Origin: Eledone cirrhosa
Taxonomy: Eukaryota
Assembly (NCBI GenBank): GCA_964016885.1
Contig: OZ024748.1
Span: 52,514,001-52,578,000, forward strand
Direction of reading: 5' to 3'
DNA length: 64,000 bases
A program made the translations under genes and the position numbers. Of this stretch, positions 1 through 14,540 are shown piece after piece (positions within the stretch are counted from its first letter, which is position 1; every line of letters begins with the position of its first letter). The notes under the pieces were generated by a model that saw only the letters and a program-made list of their open reading frames with translations, was not told the DNA's origin and searched no databases.

Positions 1-2205
1 CATACATATAGACACATACACAGACATACATACATACATATAGACACATACACAGACATACATACATACATATAGACACATACACATACATACATACATA
101 CAGACATACATACAGACAGACAGACATACATACATACATACATACATACATACATACATACATACACATACATACATACATACAGACATACATACATACA
201 GACATACATACACATACATACATACATACAGACATACATACACATACATACATACATACATACATACATACATACATACACATAGACACATACACATACA
301 TACAGACATACATACACATATACACATACACACATACATACATACATACATACACATAGACACATACACATACATACATACAGACATACACAGACATACA
401 CAGAAAAACACACATACATATAGACACATACACATACAAATGTACACACATACATACAGACAGACATACACAGACACACACAGACAGACACACATACAGA
501 CAGACACAGACATACACAGACAGACACACATACACAGACGCATACAGACATACACACATACAGACATACATACAGACAGACACAGACAGACACACATACA
601 CAGACACATACAGACATACATACAGACAGACACAGACATACACAAACAGACACACATACACACACACATACAGACATACACACACATACATACACACACA
701 CAGACATGCACACATACACAGACACACACAGACATGCACACATACACATACACACACAGACACATACATGCACACATACACATACAGATAGACTCAGACA
801 TGCATACATACACACACACACACACACATGCATGCATACACACAGAGATGCAGACATACACAGACATGCACACATACACATACACACACTAGCACATACA
901 CTCACACAGACACACCAACACACAAACACATGCACATACATACACAAACACGCTAACACAAACACACACAAACACACAGACATCCTCACACACACACACA
1001 CACCCACTGACACACATGCACACACACACCAACACACATATGCACACATGCATGCATGTACATGCACACACACACAAACATGCAGACATACACAAACACA
1101 CACATGCATGAACACAACCACATTTACATACATACACACAACCACATACATATACATGCACTCAACCACATGCACACAACCACATACACAACCACAACCA
1201 CATACATATACATACACAACCACATACACACACATACACATACATACACACAACCACATACATATACATACACAACCACATACACATACATACACACAAC
1301 CACATACATATACATACACACAACCACATACACATACATAACCACATACACATACACAACCACAACCACACACATACACATACACAACCACATACATATA
1401 CATACACAACCACATACACATACATACACATACATACACACAACCACATACATATACATACACAACCACATACATATACATGCACACAACCACATACATA
1501 TACATACACACAACCACATACACATACATAACCACATACACATACACACACATACACAACCACAACCACATACATATACATACACACAACCACATACAAT
1601 ACATACACACAACCTCATACATATACATACACACAACCACATACACATACATAACCACATACACATACACACACATACACAACCACAACGACACACATAC
1701 ACAACCACAACCACACACATACACAACCACAACCACATACATATACATACACATACATACACACAACCACATACACATACATAACCACATACACATACAC
1801 ACACATACACAACCACAACCACATACATATACATACACAACCACATACACATACATACACATACATACACACAACCACAGACATATACATACACATACAT
1901 ACACACAACCACATACACATACATAACCACATACACATACACACACATACACAACCACAACCACACACATACACAACCACAACCACATACACATACACAC
2001 ACACAACCACAACCACATACACACACACACATACACAACCACAACCACAACCACACACATACACAACCACAACCACAACAAAATACATATACATACACAA
2101 CCACATACACAAACACATACACAACCACATACACACACACACATACACAACCACAACCACATACACATACACACACATACACAACCACATACACACACAT
2201 ACACC
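1..2205. repeat. Compound (CA)/(CATA)/(CAACCA)-rich microsatellite
   Basis: Continuous low-complexity CA-rich repeats; source of the His/Thr 'ORFs'. Confidence 0.95.
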
Positions 2206-2329
2206 TCCCCAAATCACTTTTCATAATTCTGCTAAGAAAGCAGACTTGGTCATCTCTGTCATGACGCCTGCCTCAATTATCATCATCATCATCATTGTCA
2301 TATAGTCATTGCTGTCATTAAGCTGCATG

Positions 2330-2333
2330 ATGT

Positions 2334-2364
<31 letters not shown>

Positions 2365-2446
2365 AAGGCGGAGGATGGGGAAGAGGATGGGGGAGGGGGA
2401 TTATAATGATGTTGATGATGATGCTAATGGTGGTGATGATAAATTC

Positions 2447-2488
<42 letters not shown>

Positions 2489-3045
2489 AATGGTGATAAT
2501 GATAAGGAGGAGGAGGCAGAGGATGGGGAGAGGGGGTTATAATGATGTTGATGATGATGCTAATGGTGGTGATGATAAATTTTATGATGATAATGATGAT
2601 GAGGATGATGATGATGATGCTTATGTTGGCAATGATGATGATGATGATGATGATGACGATGATGATAAGGGTGATAATGATAAGGAGGAGGCGGAGGATG
2701 GAGTGGGGGAGGGGGATTATAATAATGTTGATGATGATGATGATGATGATAACGATAATTATGGTGAGGAGGAGGAGGCGGAGGCTGCTGATGATGCGAA
2801 TGGTGGTGATGATTCTAATGATGATGATGATGATGATGATAATTATGATGGTGATGATGATGATGATAATTATGATGGTGATGATGATGATGATGATTGT
2901 GATAGTAGTGGAGGTGGTGGTGATGGTAGTGGTAGTTGTGGTCATGATAGTGGTAGTGGTGGTGGTGGTGGTGGTGGTGGTGATGATGGTAGTGGTGGTG
3001 ATGGTAGTAGTGGAGGTGGTGGTGTTAATGGTATTGCTGAGGATG
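2330..3045. repeat. (GAT)n/(GGT)n compound microsatellite with a triplicated embedded motif
   Basis: GAT/GGT runs; GGAGGATGGGG..GGGGATTATAATGATGTTG recurs about 3 times. Confidence 0.9.
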
Positions 3046-3544
3046 ATTAAGAGTATCAGAAGTTGTTAACCTTCTATTGATACAACGATGTGTACAAAGG
3101 GACCTGCCCCATAAACAAAACCAATCTATTTCAATTGTAATAAATGATATAATAATCTCAAGACTAATCTCACAAGAATAAAATTGGAATAACATCTCAG
3201 CTCGAGTTGTTCCATTCCTTCAAGTTTCGACTTCTTTCTAAACAGATTTAAAACTAATGTAAACAATTAGTTTGTAAATAGCATGTGTACAGGCTTGTAT
3301 GTTGTGTTGAGAAACAATCAGTCATAATATATGATATATATATATATATATGCATGTGTGTTTGCATATATATATATATATATATATAATATAAGATCAA
3401 AAGATGGTTAAAAGAGTTCCATGTATTTTATTATGCGCATTTCAAAAACAAATATATCTGCATTGCTTTATCTGCATTGCTTTATTGTACTACAATAAAA
3501 CTCACCTCCTACATTATATATATATATATATGCATGTGTGTATG

Positions 3545-3575
<31 letters not shown>

Positions 3576-3610
3576 GCATGTGTGTATGCATACATATATA
3601 TATATATATA

Positions 3611-3986
3611 GGCACATGGCTTAGTGATTAGAGCATTGGGCTTGCAATCGAAAGGTTGTGAGTTCAGTTCTCAGACCGGGTAATGTGTTGTTTCCTTGAG
3701 CAAGACACTTTATTTCACATTGCTCCAGTTTACTCAGCTGTAGAAATGAGATGATAGGGACTGGGGTCCCTATCATTCCACTGCAAAATGGACGTGTAGG
3801 CGCCACGGAAAAAAGCACCCAGCACTCACTGTAAATGAGGTTGGTGTTAGGAAGGGCATCCAGCTGTAGAAAACCTGCCAGACAGTCTCATACGAGTGAG
3901 ACAACCAATCTTGCCTCAAGTGGGACAATTCCCGTCTAAACCCATGCTAGCGTGGAAGATAGATGTTAAACGATGATGATGATGAT
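3611..3986 (+). mobile_element. tRNA-derived CORE-type SINE, tail type B
   Basis: A box TGGCTTAGTG, B box GAGTTCAGTTC, MIR/CORE-like CCTTGAGCAAGACACTT..CAGCTGTAGAAATGAG, (GAT)n tail; near-identical copies elsewhere in the window. Confidence 0.9.
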
Positions 3987-4029
3987 ATATATATATATAT
4001 ATTTAAAGGTTAAACAAGGTTCAATGAAT

Positions 4030-4255
4030 AAATCAAAGAATGAGTTTTACAATAGATTGGAAGCACTCAACAAATTGATTTTCCGGAGTTATTAATATTA
4101 ATTCAAAATATTAACAAAAATAGACGTTCATGTGATCAAGTATATTTTATTATACATATTTCAGAGGTACTGAGCTATCTTCAACAGTACGTCCTCATCA
4201 GATAAAATAAGATGATGTATGACACCCTGACATAGTAGATGGTTAAGATTCAGTC
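4030..4255 (-). mobile_element. Penelope-like pLTR fragment carrying an HHR
   Basis: Reverse-complement similarity to 57850-58055; contains an HHR motif. Confidence 0.65.
4143..4209 (-). ncRNA. Minimal type-I hammerhead ribozyme motif
   Basis: Minus strand: TATTTTAT-CTGATGA-GGACGTACTG(loop)CAGTACCTCT-GAAA-TATGTATA-ATAAAATA; stems I and II pair. Confidence 0.8.
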
Positions 4256-5371
4256 ATGGTAGTGAATATGATATGACAAGACTCAATATTTATATACCTT
4301 AAGATTCAGACATGAAAAAATTTACATATAATACAGAGGGTGCGTGTGAGAAAGCTTAAAAATACATAATAGCAGTTTACATAACTGTTAGAGATTCAAA
4401 TAATTTAAATTATTGAAGAAAGAAGAAAGAAAGAAGAAAGACAGAGAGAAACAGATGAGGAAAAATCTAGTTACTAGAAGTATAGAAAGCAAAAGAGAAT
4501 TGATCAAGGATAGAGAGACAAAGGGGAATAATGTTTATAGTATAAAGCATAGATAAATAAATGAATATACATTTGGGCATAGCTATGTGAAAGAGTAAAC
4601 TCGAATCTTTGAATTATCTAGAAGTATCCATCTATCTAAATATTAAATATCTGGGTGTAATTATATGAGGGTTTAAATTAATAAGAAATATACTAACAAT
4701 TATTTATATACACTATATATATCCAAACTTATCCGGCTGACCGTTAAATTTCGAATAATGGATTAATCTAAAGGTATAATATTTCAGGCTATAAAAGTTT
4801 ATAAATGTCAATATTAATATTAAAGTATACTAACATATTTAATTTATAAAATCATATTTAAAGTATTTTCAAACATGAGAAAGAAACTTAGTATTTTCAT
4901 CCACACGAAGGTAAACCATATTAAATTATATTATCTCATATTATTTTCCCATACTAAAATAATTCTCATTATATAATTTAGAAAATAATTACAGTTATAA
5001 CTTTAAAAATTTAAAATTAACAATTAGAATGCCCTAAAGCATCTAAAGGCCTTATAATTAAACTTAAAAAAGTTATTATTAAATTTGATATATGCATTTG
5101 TCTAAATATATACAAAGAGTATATTGTCTAAAGTTCAAGATGATATTAGTCAGTTATACATAACATAATATATAATAAATAAGTTACAGTTAATATTGTT
5201 ACAATTAAGATTTTAGATCAATTATTGTATCTTAGGATCATGTAATACATATATACTATAAAAATTTCATGAATCATAAGGAAATGAACCAGATTTAAAA
5301 AAAAAAAGTAAATTGTTTGCGATCATATAAGTGACAAATATTTAAACTATATAATTTAAAATACAAGAAAA

Positions 5372-5466
5372 TATATAGTAGTATATTATCATATCTATAT
5401 AGTAGTATATTATCATATCTATATAGTAGTATATTATCATATCTATATAGTAGTATATTATCATAT
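5372..5466. repeat. About 24-bp tandem repeat, 4 copies
   Basis: ATATAGTAGTATATTATCATATCT repeated. Confidence 0.85.
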
Positions 5467-6496
5467 TTAAGGTGTCTGCAAACATGAGAAAGAGAAAACT
5501 TAAGATTTTCATCGACCCGAAGGTAAACTGAATTTAATTAAATTAAAAAATACTAATCGTTATATAATTTAGAAAATATTTAACAATTATAACTCTAGAA
5601 TGTCCTTAAGTATCTAAAGTATTTATAAATGTAGCTAGAAGCATGTTATTAAACCAGATATTCACATTTGTCCAAATATATACAGAGTATTCTGTTCGGA
5701 ACTCAAGACGATATTAGTGATCCATACACATATAATAAATAAATAATAAAAACATTGTTAGTAAAGTTATAATTGAAGTTTAACATCAAGTTAAGTGGAA
5801 AAAGTTTGTCGACTAGGATCGTGTACGACGCATATACCATACATATATATAAACAAATATAAATATATAAATCAAACATCTTGAATCTTAAAACTAACAT
5901 ACTCCAAAAGAATAAATACATAGATACATAAAAGCATGAATTGTTTACGGTTCATTACAACTGTCAACCATATAAGCTATATATTTTAAAAAAATACTAT
6001 ACAAGAATCCCAATCAAATTAAATGTATCTACAGAATCAAAAAAATGGATATTCATCACGAGATTGTGTTAACAATCTATATGTTAATATATTTATATAG
6101 ATCCCTTAATTTAACAATTATCATATCATAAATGAGTAAAAAAAAATAATATAACATTTTACGCACTCAGTTGATATGAGACGTCAAAAATTAGAACGTA
6201 TTTATTTAGTGTTTTTTCCTGATTTTTTGCGAGGCTTGGAATGTAGAGGAAGCTTTATGAAGGCAATTTGAGAATAATTCACTTTTTTTGTTAATTAATA
6301 TATATATATATATATTAGAGAGAGTTGGGAACCAGCAGCTGAGCTCCTGCTGTTTCAACAAGAGCTCAGCAATCAGGCCCTGACTCTCTCTAATATAGTT
6401 ACACTCTACTATCCAAAATATTGATTACTCTGCTGAATAATGGTCTTATTAGTTTAAAACTGGTAAAATCCTGATATATATATATATATATATATA

Positions 6497-6912
6497 TCAT
6501 CATCATTTTACGTCCGCTTTTCCTTGCTTGCAAGGGTTGGACAGGTCCTATTCAGCACAGCATCTCTCCACTTGTCACAGACCTTCATCATCTCCTCCGT
6601 GAGTTTCAGTGATCTGAGGTCTGCTCTCACCACATCCGCCCATGTTTTTCGTGGTCTACCCCCACTGCATCTTCCTTCTACTGGGATTTCTTGGCACTTC
6701 TTTACCCAGTGGTCATCCTCCATGCACATCATATGTCCATACCATCTCAGCCTTCTCTCCTGCACACCACAACTTATCCCTCTTATACCCAGTTTCTTTC
6801 TCAACTCGTCTATGCTTGGTCATTCACGCACATTGACATTGCACATCCAACAGAGCATGCTTGCTTCATTTCTCTCCAGCCATCGCATATCCTCTGCAGT
6901 TGCTGCCCATGT
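6497..6912 (-). mobile_element. RTE-clade LINE 3' fragment (end of the RT ORF plus tail)
   Basis: Encodes TWAATAEDMRWLERNEASML and RRLRWYGHM..GRPRKTW; ends CCCTTGCAAGCAAGGAAAAGCGGACGTAAAA(TGA)n. Confidence 0.85.
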
Positions 6913-7029
6913 CTTATTATTTCATAGAATCTGAGCCACTTTTGAGTGGGTTGGTTACAAATGGTTAAACTTGCATGGTAGTCTACAATATTTCTATGCA
7001 ATCATATAAGTCATTGACTTTTGAATAAA

Positions 7030-7263
7030 ATTATATACATATATATATATACACGCACACATATATATATATATATATATCACCTTGATATACATACATA
7101 TATATATACACATACATATATTTATATATATATACAGTATATATACATACAAATATATACATATATACATATATATACATACATATATTTATATATATAT
7201 ACAGTATATATATATATATATACATACATACATATATATACATATACATATATTTATATATAC

Positions 7264-7300
<37 letters not shown>

Positions 7301-7835
7301 CATATATTTATACATACATATATTTTCATATATATATATATACATACATATATTTATATATATATATACATATATTTATATATATATATACATACATATA
7401 TTTATATATACATATTCAAATATTTATATATACATATACAAATATTTATATGTACATATACACATATAAATATACATATACACATATATTTATATATACA
7501 TATACACATATTTATATATACATATACACATATATATACACATATATTTATATATACATATACACATATATTTATATATACATATACACATATATACATA
7601 TACATACACATTTATATATACATATACATACATATATTTATATATACTAATACAAATATATTTATATATACATATACACACATATATATATATATACATA
7701 CACATATATATATATACATATATATATACATATACATACACATATATGTATATATATATATACATATATACATATATATATATATATATGTATACATATA
7801 CACATATATACACATATACATATATATATACATAT
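7030..7835. repeat. (AT)n/(ATAC)n microsatellite
   Basis: Low-complexity AT repeat. Confidence 0.95.
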
Positions 7836-8267
7836 TAAATATTCATATTCATTACATTCCATCTATTTATTTTTTCTCTCTTCTATTGTTTCAAAAGATC
7901 TAACAGATCTATATACATGGTGTATTTATGTAACATAGATAAATACATATAGAACTCTCCAGAAAATGTTGATCTCTTCTAAATTAGATATTGCAAAATC
8001 AAATTAAACAAACTGACCAGAATATCAAATTTAAAACCTCAAATAGATTTTTGTGCTTGTATGGCTTAGTCAGAGAGGGACAGAAATGTCAATGACCTTA
8101 TTAGGGTCTCTGTAACTGGAGAAGTTATTCCTTCCCAGACACCAGACCTGGACTTAATGCTTGAATATAAAATGGACTTGGCTAAAGATAGTGAAGAGTG
8201 AGGTTGTGATGTTAACCTGGGCATATGAATACTTATATATATATATATATATACAGAGAGAGAGAGA

Positions 8268-8603
8268 GGCACATGACTTAGTGGTTAGAGCATTGGGCTT
8301 GCAATCGAAAGGTTGTGAGTTCAATTCTCAGACCGGGTGATATGTTGTTTCCTTGAGCAAGATACTTTATTTCACATTGTTCCAGTTTACTCAGCTGTAG
8401 AAATGAGATGATAGGGACTGGGGTCCATATCATTCCACTGCAAAGTGGACGTGGAGGTGCCACAGCAAAAAAGCACCCAACACTCACTGAAAATGAGGTT
8501 GGTGTTAGGAAGGGCATCCAGCTGTAGAAATCAAGCCAGAATCAGTGCCCGTCCCACCCTTGCAAGCAGGAAAAAGCGGACATAAAATGATGATGATGAT
8601 GAT
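8268..8603 (+). mobile_element. tRNA-derived CORE-type SINE, tail type A (shared with RTE)
   Basis: A/B boxes, CORE-like block, tail CCCACCCTTGCAAGCAGG..(TGA)n. Confidence 0.9.
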
Positions 8604-8914
8604 AATAGATGATATATATTTTAATATAGAAAAGCTTCTACAGGACTAGAACTGTTTCATTCTTGAGAAATTATCAGAAATCATCATCTATATTAAAACA
8701 TTTATACTCTGATATGTATTGAGTCCCCTTCTTACTGTGGTTACCACCAATTGAACCCGGAATAACTTATATATATATAAGTAGAAGGGGTATTTAATTT
8801 GTTGGAAGTCCAACAAATATAAATGTTTATAACTGATTTAGAGCACTCAACAGTTACTGGAGTAAATATTCAATGATATTAAATAAATGGAAACTATATT
8901 TATAAAACCATATT

Positions 8915-8979
8915 TATTTTATTATATATATTTCAAGGGTAACCAAGACAACATTGGTACGCTTTCGTCAGATAAAATA
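8915..8979 (-). ncRNA. Minimal hammerhead ribozyme motif (CUGACGA core)
   Basis: Minus strand: TATTTTAT-CTGACGA-stem II-GAAA-TATATATA-ATAAAATA; a 1-nt insertion in stem II. Confidence 0.75.
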
Positions 8980-9103
8980 CAAAGTTTGTTTTATAAATAG
9001 AGACATACCCATGAAAATCATACCTTATCGGTTGGATATTCTCTTATCCAACCGATAAGGTATGATTTTCATGGGTATGTCTCTATTTATAAAACAAACT
9101 TTG

Positions 9104-9167
9104 TATTTTATCTGATGAAAGCGTACCAATGTTGTCTTGGTACCCTTGAAATATATATAATAAAATA
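9104..9167 (+). ncRNA. Minimal hammerhead ribozyme motif
   Basis: TATTTTAT-CTGATGA-AAGCGTACCAA(loop)TTGGTACCCTT-GAAA-TATATATA-ATAAAATA; predicted cleavage after A9159. Confidence 0.8.
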
Positions 9168-9247
9168 AATATGGTTTTATAAATATAGTTTCCATTTATT
9201 TAATATCATTGTGTATATATATATATATATATATATATAAACACACA

Positions 9248-9335
9248 CAGGGTGTCCCACAAAATGTATACACACTTCAACACCATTCTAATGAATATTT
9301 GTATATATTTTTTTTTGGTGGGGGACACTCTATAC
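9248..9335. mobile_element. Short Tc1/mariner-like MITE remnant
   Basis: Imperfect TIR CAGGGTGTCCCACAAAA / TTTTGGTGGGGGACACTCT; related sequence inverted at about 41075-41127. Confidence 0.45.
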
Positions 9336-9348
9336 ATGTGATGTCCAT

Positions 9349-9571
9349 TGAGGATGACTGCTAGGTAAAGAAGTGCCAAGAAATCCCACTAGAAGGAGGA
9401 CATGGTAGAGGAAGACAACAAAAATCATGGGCGGAGATGGTGAGAGCCAACCTCAGATCGCTGAAGCTCAAGGAGGAGATGACGAAGGACTGTGACGAAT
9501 GGAGAGATGCTGTGCTGAATAGGACTCGTCCCACCCTTGAAAGCAGGGAAAAGCAGACATAAGATGATGAT
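9349..9571 (+). mobile_element. RTE LINE 3' fragment
   Basis: Homologous to 6497-6720 (reverse complement); same tail. Confidence 0.85.
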
Positions 9572-9799
9572 ACATATATATATATATAGGTGTATTATTG
9601 ACGGATGTGAGAAAGAGTATGCAATACCAAAGTATACTTTACGTTATTCATTTATTATGGCTAAGTGCTGAGCCTTGTTACTCTGGAGTTTCACCACTTA
9701 GCCATAATAAATGAATATATAAGTATACATATGTATATACATACATCTATATATATATATAGGCATAAATAGATAAACATACTTTTCTTTCTCTCTCTC

Positions 9800-9893
<94 letters not shown>

Positions 9894-10244
9894 ACAGACA
9901 CACATTCTATCTGAACAGAAACCATCTAAATAGATAGTTTTTGTTCCTTCTTGTAAAAAACATGTTTTGTATTTGATTCTTTCTTCTTAATTCTAAAATC
10001 AATGTTTACCAGAACCATCTATATTAATGCTTTTGATGATTTCCACAATACAAAAACAAAAAGAAAACACCAAAACCTTTCAAATAATAATGTCACCCAA
10101 TTTAAACACTGTTTCCTTTTTTAAATACCAACACTATATTTCATCTATTCTCAATATACCCAGTTTGTTTTCATGTCTTGTTGTTCTCCATTGTATGTAT
10201 TTCATCTTTACATGGTCTAGCTTATTTTATTATTTGTTTTGTAT

Positions 10245-10468
10245 GGATACATGATGTGTAATGATGATTGCTGGGTGAAGAAGTGCTAAGCAATCCCAAT
10301 GGAAAACAAAGGAAGACCTGACTGGAAGTGGTGAGAACTGATCTCAGATCACTAAAGCTCATGGAGGAGATGACAAAGAAATGCAACAGGTGGAGAGATG
10401 CTGTTCTGAGAGAGACCCATCTACCCCATGCAAGCATGGCACAACAGATGTTAAAATGATGATGATGA
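10245..10468 (+). mobile_element. RTE LINE 3' fragment with type-B tail
   Basis: Homologous to 9349-9571; ends CCCATGCAAGCATGG..GTTAAAA(TGA)n. Confidence 0.8.
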
Positions 10469-11415
10469 TTGGCAACATTTTTTAAGTGTCAGACAAAATA
10501 CTTTAGAGTTTTTCTCTCCCTAAATTATGTATGTATGATCCTGTAACTCCTTACAGAGTCATAAGGGTGCCGTATTGATATATGACATTTCTTAGGCATT
10601 TTTAAGCCTGGCAGAGCCCATCCCTCTCCAGGCCTCCCTAAAGTATAAGTGTTGGATAAAATTATTTGTGATATTTAGTTCTGGCTCTTCATGTTCTGGG
10701 CTCAAATCCCAATAAAGTCAACTTTGCCTTTCACCCCTCCAGGGTCAATAAAATACAGTTTAACTCCAATGTCAGGGCGAATTTAATTAACTAACCACTT
10801 GCCTCAAATTGCTGGCATGATGAATTGGGAGAATTGTTTGTGTATGGGAGAAAATAATTGCATTTGTGTGTCTTTACAAACTGGGTTGAAATTCCAGTGA
10901 GATAAGCTTTGCCTTTAATCCAACTTAGACTGAGAAGCTCCCACATCTTTGCTGCTTGAGGCAGCCAAAGTGCTTCAATGACCAATCTGTTGCATCTATA
11001 AATACATGGTTCCAACTATTGTTGATGGATTTCAGGTCCCTATAAATTTAATCCTTCTGGGGATGAGGGGGGGGGTCGATATAATAAAGTACCAATCAAG
11101 TATATAAATCAATTTAACTGCCCCCCCACCACACACACCAAGATTTCTGGCCTTAGGCCTTAGGCCAAAATTGGAAACCATTTAGACTTTTTTAAGTCCT
11201 CTCAGAGATATGAATACATTGAGTCAAGAGACAATATACGATGTTCCGAGCCAAACATGCAGTGCTGAGCCTATGTATAAGCTAAATAAGTTATATCTTA
11301 GGGTCACACTCTCAGGGGTCTCATTTTTAAAAATATATTTTTTATTTTATCTTATTTATTCTTTATCCTTAAGATTAATATAAAAAATAATGATTATATT
11401 TTTTTTAGAGAAGGG

Positions 11416-11640
11416 CCTCAAATTTCATATAGCTTAGGGTCTCAGCAGGTGAAAGTCTGCCTCAAATTACATATAGATTAGGGTCTCAACAGATGAAAGT
11501 CAGTTTCAAATGTCATATTGCTTAGGGTCTCAGCAGGTGAAAGTCAGCCTCTAATGTCATATAGATTAGGGTTTCAACGAGTGAATGTTGGTCTCAAATA
11601 TCATATATCTTAGGGTCCCAGCAGGTGAATGATGGGCCCT
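11416..11640. repeat. 44-bp tandem repeat, about 5 copies, probably the amplified end of a MITE
   Basis: CCTCAAATTTCATATAGCTTAGGGTCTCAGCAGGTGAAAGTCTG units; a single related unit at about 34118-34161. Confidence 0.75.
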
Positions 11641-12286
11641 ACAATGGTGTTTAAAACACTGCCTAAAATATTGGAGATTTCCATGTTTTACATCATTCTA
11701 TCATGCCTCACATTTTCTCTCCAAATATCCACCTGTCTTTAAAGACTTGCTGTCTATATACATCTAAGTAGTTCATCTTTATGGATTCTTTGAATTTTGT
11801 TTTTGTTTTTATCTCAGTGCAGTCTGTCATTTTTCTGTTCTGTTTATCTTTATGCAAGTGTATCTTCTTCACATATAGACAAGTAGAGAAGTCTATCTAA
11901 ACAGACAGTCTCTCTCTTTCTAGACAGACTGACAAACTTTTCAAATAGACACTTACAAAAGTTCAAAGAAGAGACAGCAAAAAAAAATTTTTTTTAAAAA
12001 TAAAACTACAAAAAACAATAATAAATCAAAAAAAAGATTTGAAAAAAAAGATTTAAAAAAAAACGAAAAAAAAGTAGGTGAGGAAAAACTGTACAAGGAT
12101 ACACTAAGAAAAACAGAAAATTAAAAATTCAGGCAAATAGATTGACAAACAAATATAATACAATGAAAAATAAACAGACAGATGCAATTTTTTCTCTTCT
12201 TTCTCTATGTTATTTTCTTTTTGCTTTTAAACATCATTTATATTATAAATAATTCAAGCATAGCTAGAACAAAAACAAACTCATAA

Positions 12287-12770
<484 letters not shown>

Positions 12771-12929
12771 GTAAAAGAAATGAGAAAAAGGTAATTTTAA
12801 CTAAAAATTACTCTGACAAACAAGTTGAATTTATTCAATCTATCAGTAGAAATCTTATGTTACCATCATTGACCTCTCTATCAAGCTACCAGCATCACTC
12901 CACCTCCTTCATAGATGAAGAACTCTAAC

Positions 12930-14185
12930 ACCCAACACCACTTCCACCAACGGTACCACCACCAACACCAACACCACCGTCAACACCCCACCCCCGTCAC
13001 CAACACTACCACCACCGCCACCGCCACCACCAACATCACTACCAACACTACCAACACCACCACCGCCGCCACCACCACCAACTTCACCACCACCGTCAAC
13101 ACCCTCGTCACCACCAGAACCGCCAACACTACCACCACCAACACCACCACCACCAACACTACCTCACCCAACAAACAACACCACTGTCACCACCAACAAC
13201 ACCACCAACACCCCCCCCCCCCGTCACCACCACCATCACGACCACCACCAACACTACCAACACTTCCACCACCGCCACCACCACCACCACCACCGACACC
13301 TCCACCACCGCCACCACCACCATCACAACCACCATCAACACCACCACCACCACCACCAATACCACCACCACCAACACCACCACCACCAACACTACCAACA
13401 CCAACACTACCACCACAACGACCACCACCACCACCACCACCACCACCACCACCACCACCAACATCACTACCAACACTACCAACACCACCACCGCCGCCAC
13501 CACCACCAACATCCCCACCACCGTCAACACCCTCGTCACCACCACCACCACCACCACCACCGCCACCACCACCACCAACACCACCACCATCCACCACCAC
13601 CACCAACACCACCACCACCGTCAACACCCTCGTCACCACCAGAACCACCACCACCACCACCACCACCACCACCACCAACACCACCAACACCAACACCACC
13701 GTCACCACCGCCACCAACACCACCACCACCAACACCACCGCCACCACCGCCACCAACACCACCACCACCATCACCACCGCCACCACCACCACCAACACCA
13801 CCACCACCGCCACCACCGGCACCACCGCCACCACCACCACCACCACCACCACCACCACCACCAACACCACCACCACCACTGCCACCACCACCACCACCAC
13901 CACCACCACCACCACCACCACCACCATCACCATCACCACCGCCACCACCACCACCAACACCACCACCACCGCCACCACCAGCACCACCGCCACCACCACC
14001 ACCACCACCACCACCACCACCACCAACACCACCACCACCACTGCCACCACCACCACCACCACCGCCACCACCAACACCACCACCACCACCACTGCCACCA
14101 CCACCACCACCACCACCACCACCGCCACCACCACCAACACCACCGTCACCGCCACCACCACCACCACCACCACCACCACCACTAT
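12930..14185. repeat. (CAC)n compound trinucleotide repeat
   Basis: CAC/CAA/CGC runs; source of the Thr/Pro 'ORF'. Confidence 0.95.
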
Positions 14186-14540
14186 TGCTACAAGATACAT
14201 TTACAGCAGACTTTGATTATATTTAGAAAGAGATGTGCATTGAAATAATCGCCTTTGTCCAGTCTAATATTTGCCAGTTTCCATTTCTAGTAAATTGTTT
14301 TAATCCTATTTCATGTCATAAATTCATCATGATATCCATTTCCAACATCATCATCATCATCCTCTTCCTCACCACCACCACCACCACCACCACCATCATC
14401 AATATCATCATCATCGTTATCAATATTACCATTATAAATAGCATCATTGTTGTCTCCACAATCACCACCATTCTCATCAGTGTCAATATTTTCAGTACAA
14501 AGGGAACACTTAAATATCTGCAGTTCTTATTAACTTCCTT

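Larger units (their letters stand above)
8871..9211. mobile_element. Fold-back palindrome (168/167-bp arms, 6-nt loop), probable inverted Penelope-like pLTRs
   Basis: Arms 8871-9038 and 9045-9211 are near-perfect reverse complements; each arm carries an HHR. Confidence 0.85.

Noticed and set aside
440-3069. His/Thr, Val/Cys and Asp/Met ORFs (and the many Tyr/Ile ORFs elsewhere)
   Set aside because: Microsatellites lacking stop codons.
3611-3685. tRNA gene
   Set aside because: The A/B boxes are followed by a SINE body in every copy, and no complete cloverleaf acceptor stem is evident.
4570-4592. GIAM peptide resembling the Penelope RT GxxMG motif
   Set aside because: Immediately followed by a stop, on the opposite strand to the HHR, with no other RT motifs.
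8640-8680. HHR-like CTGATAA..GAAACAGT on the minus strand
   Set aside because: Core G8 is missing and stem I is unconvincing; at best a decayed relic.
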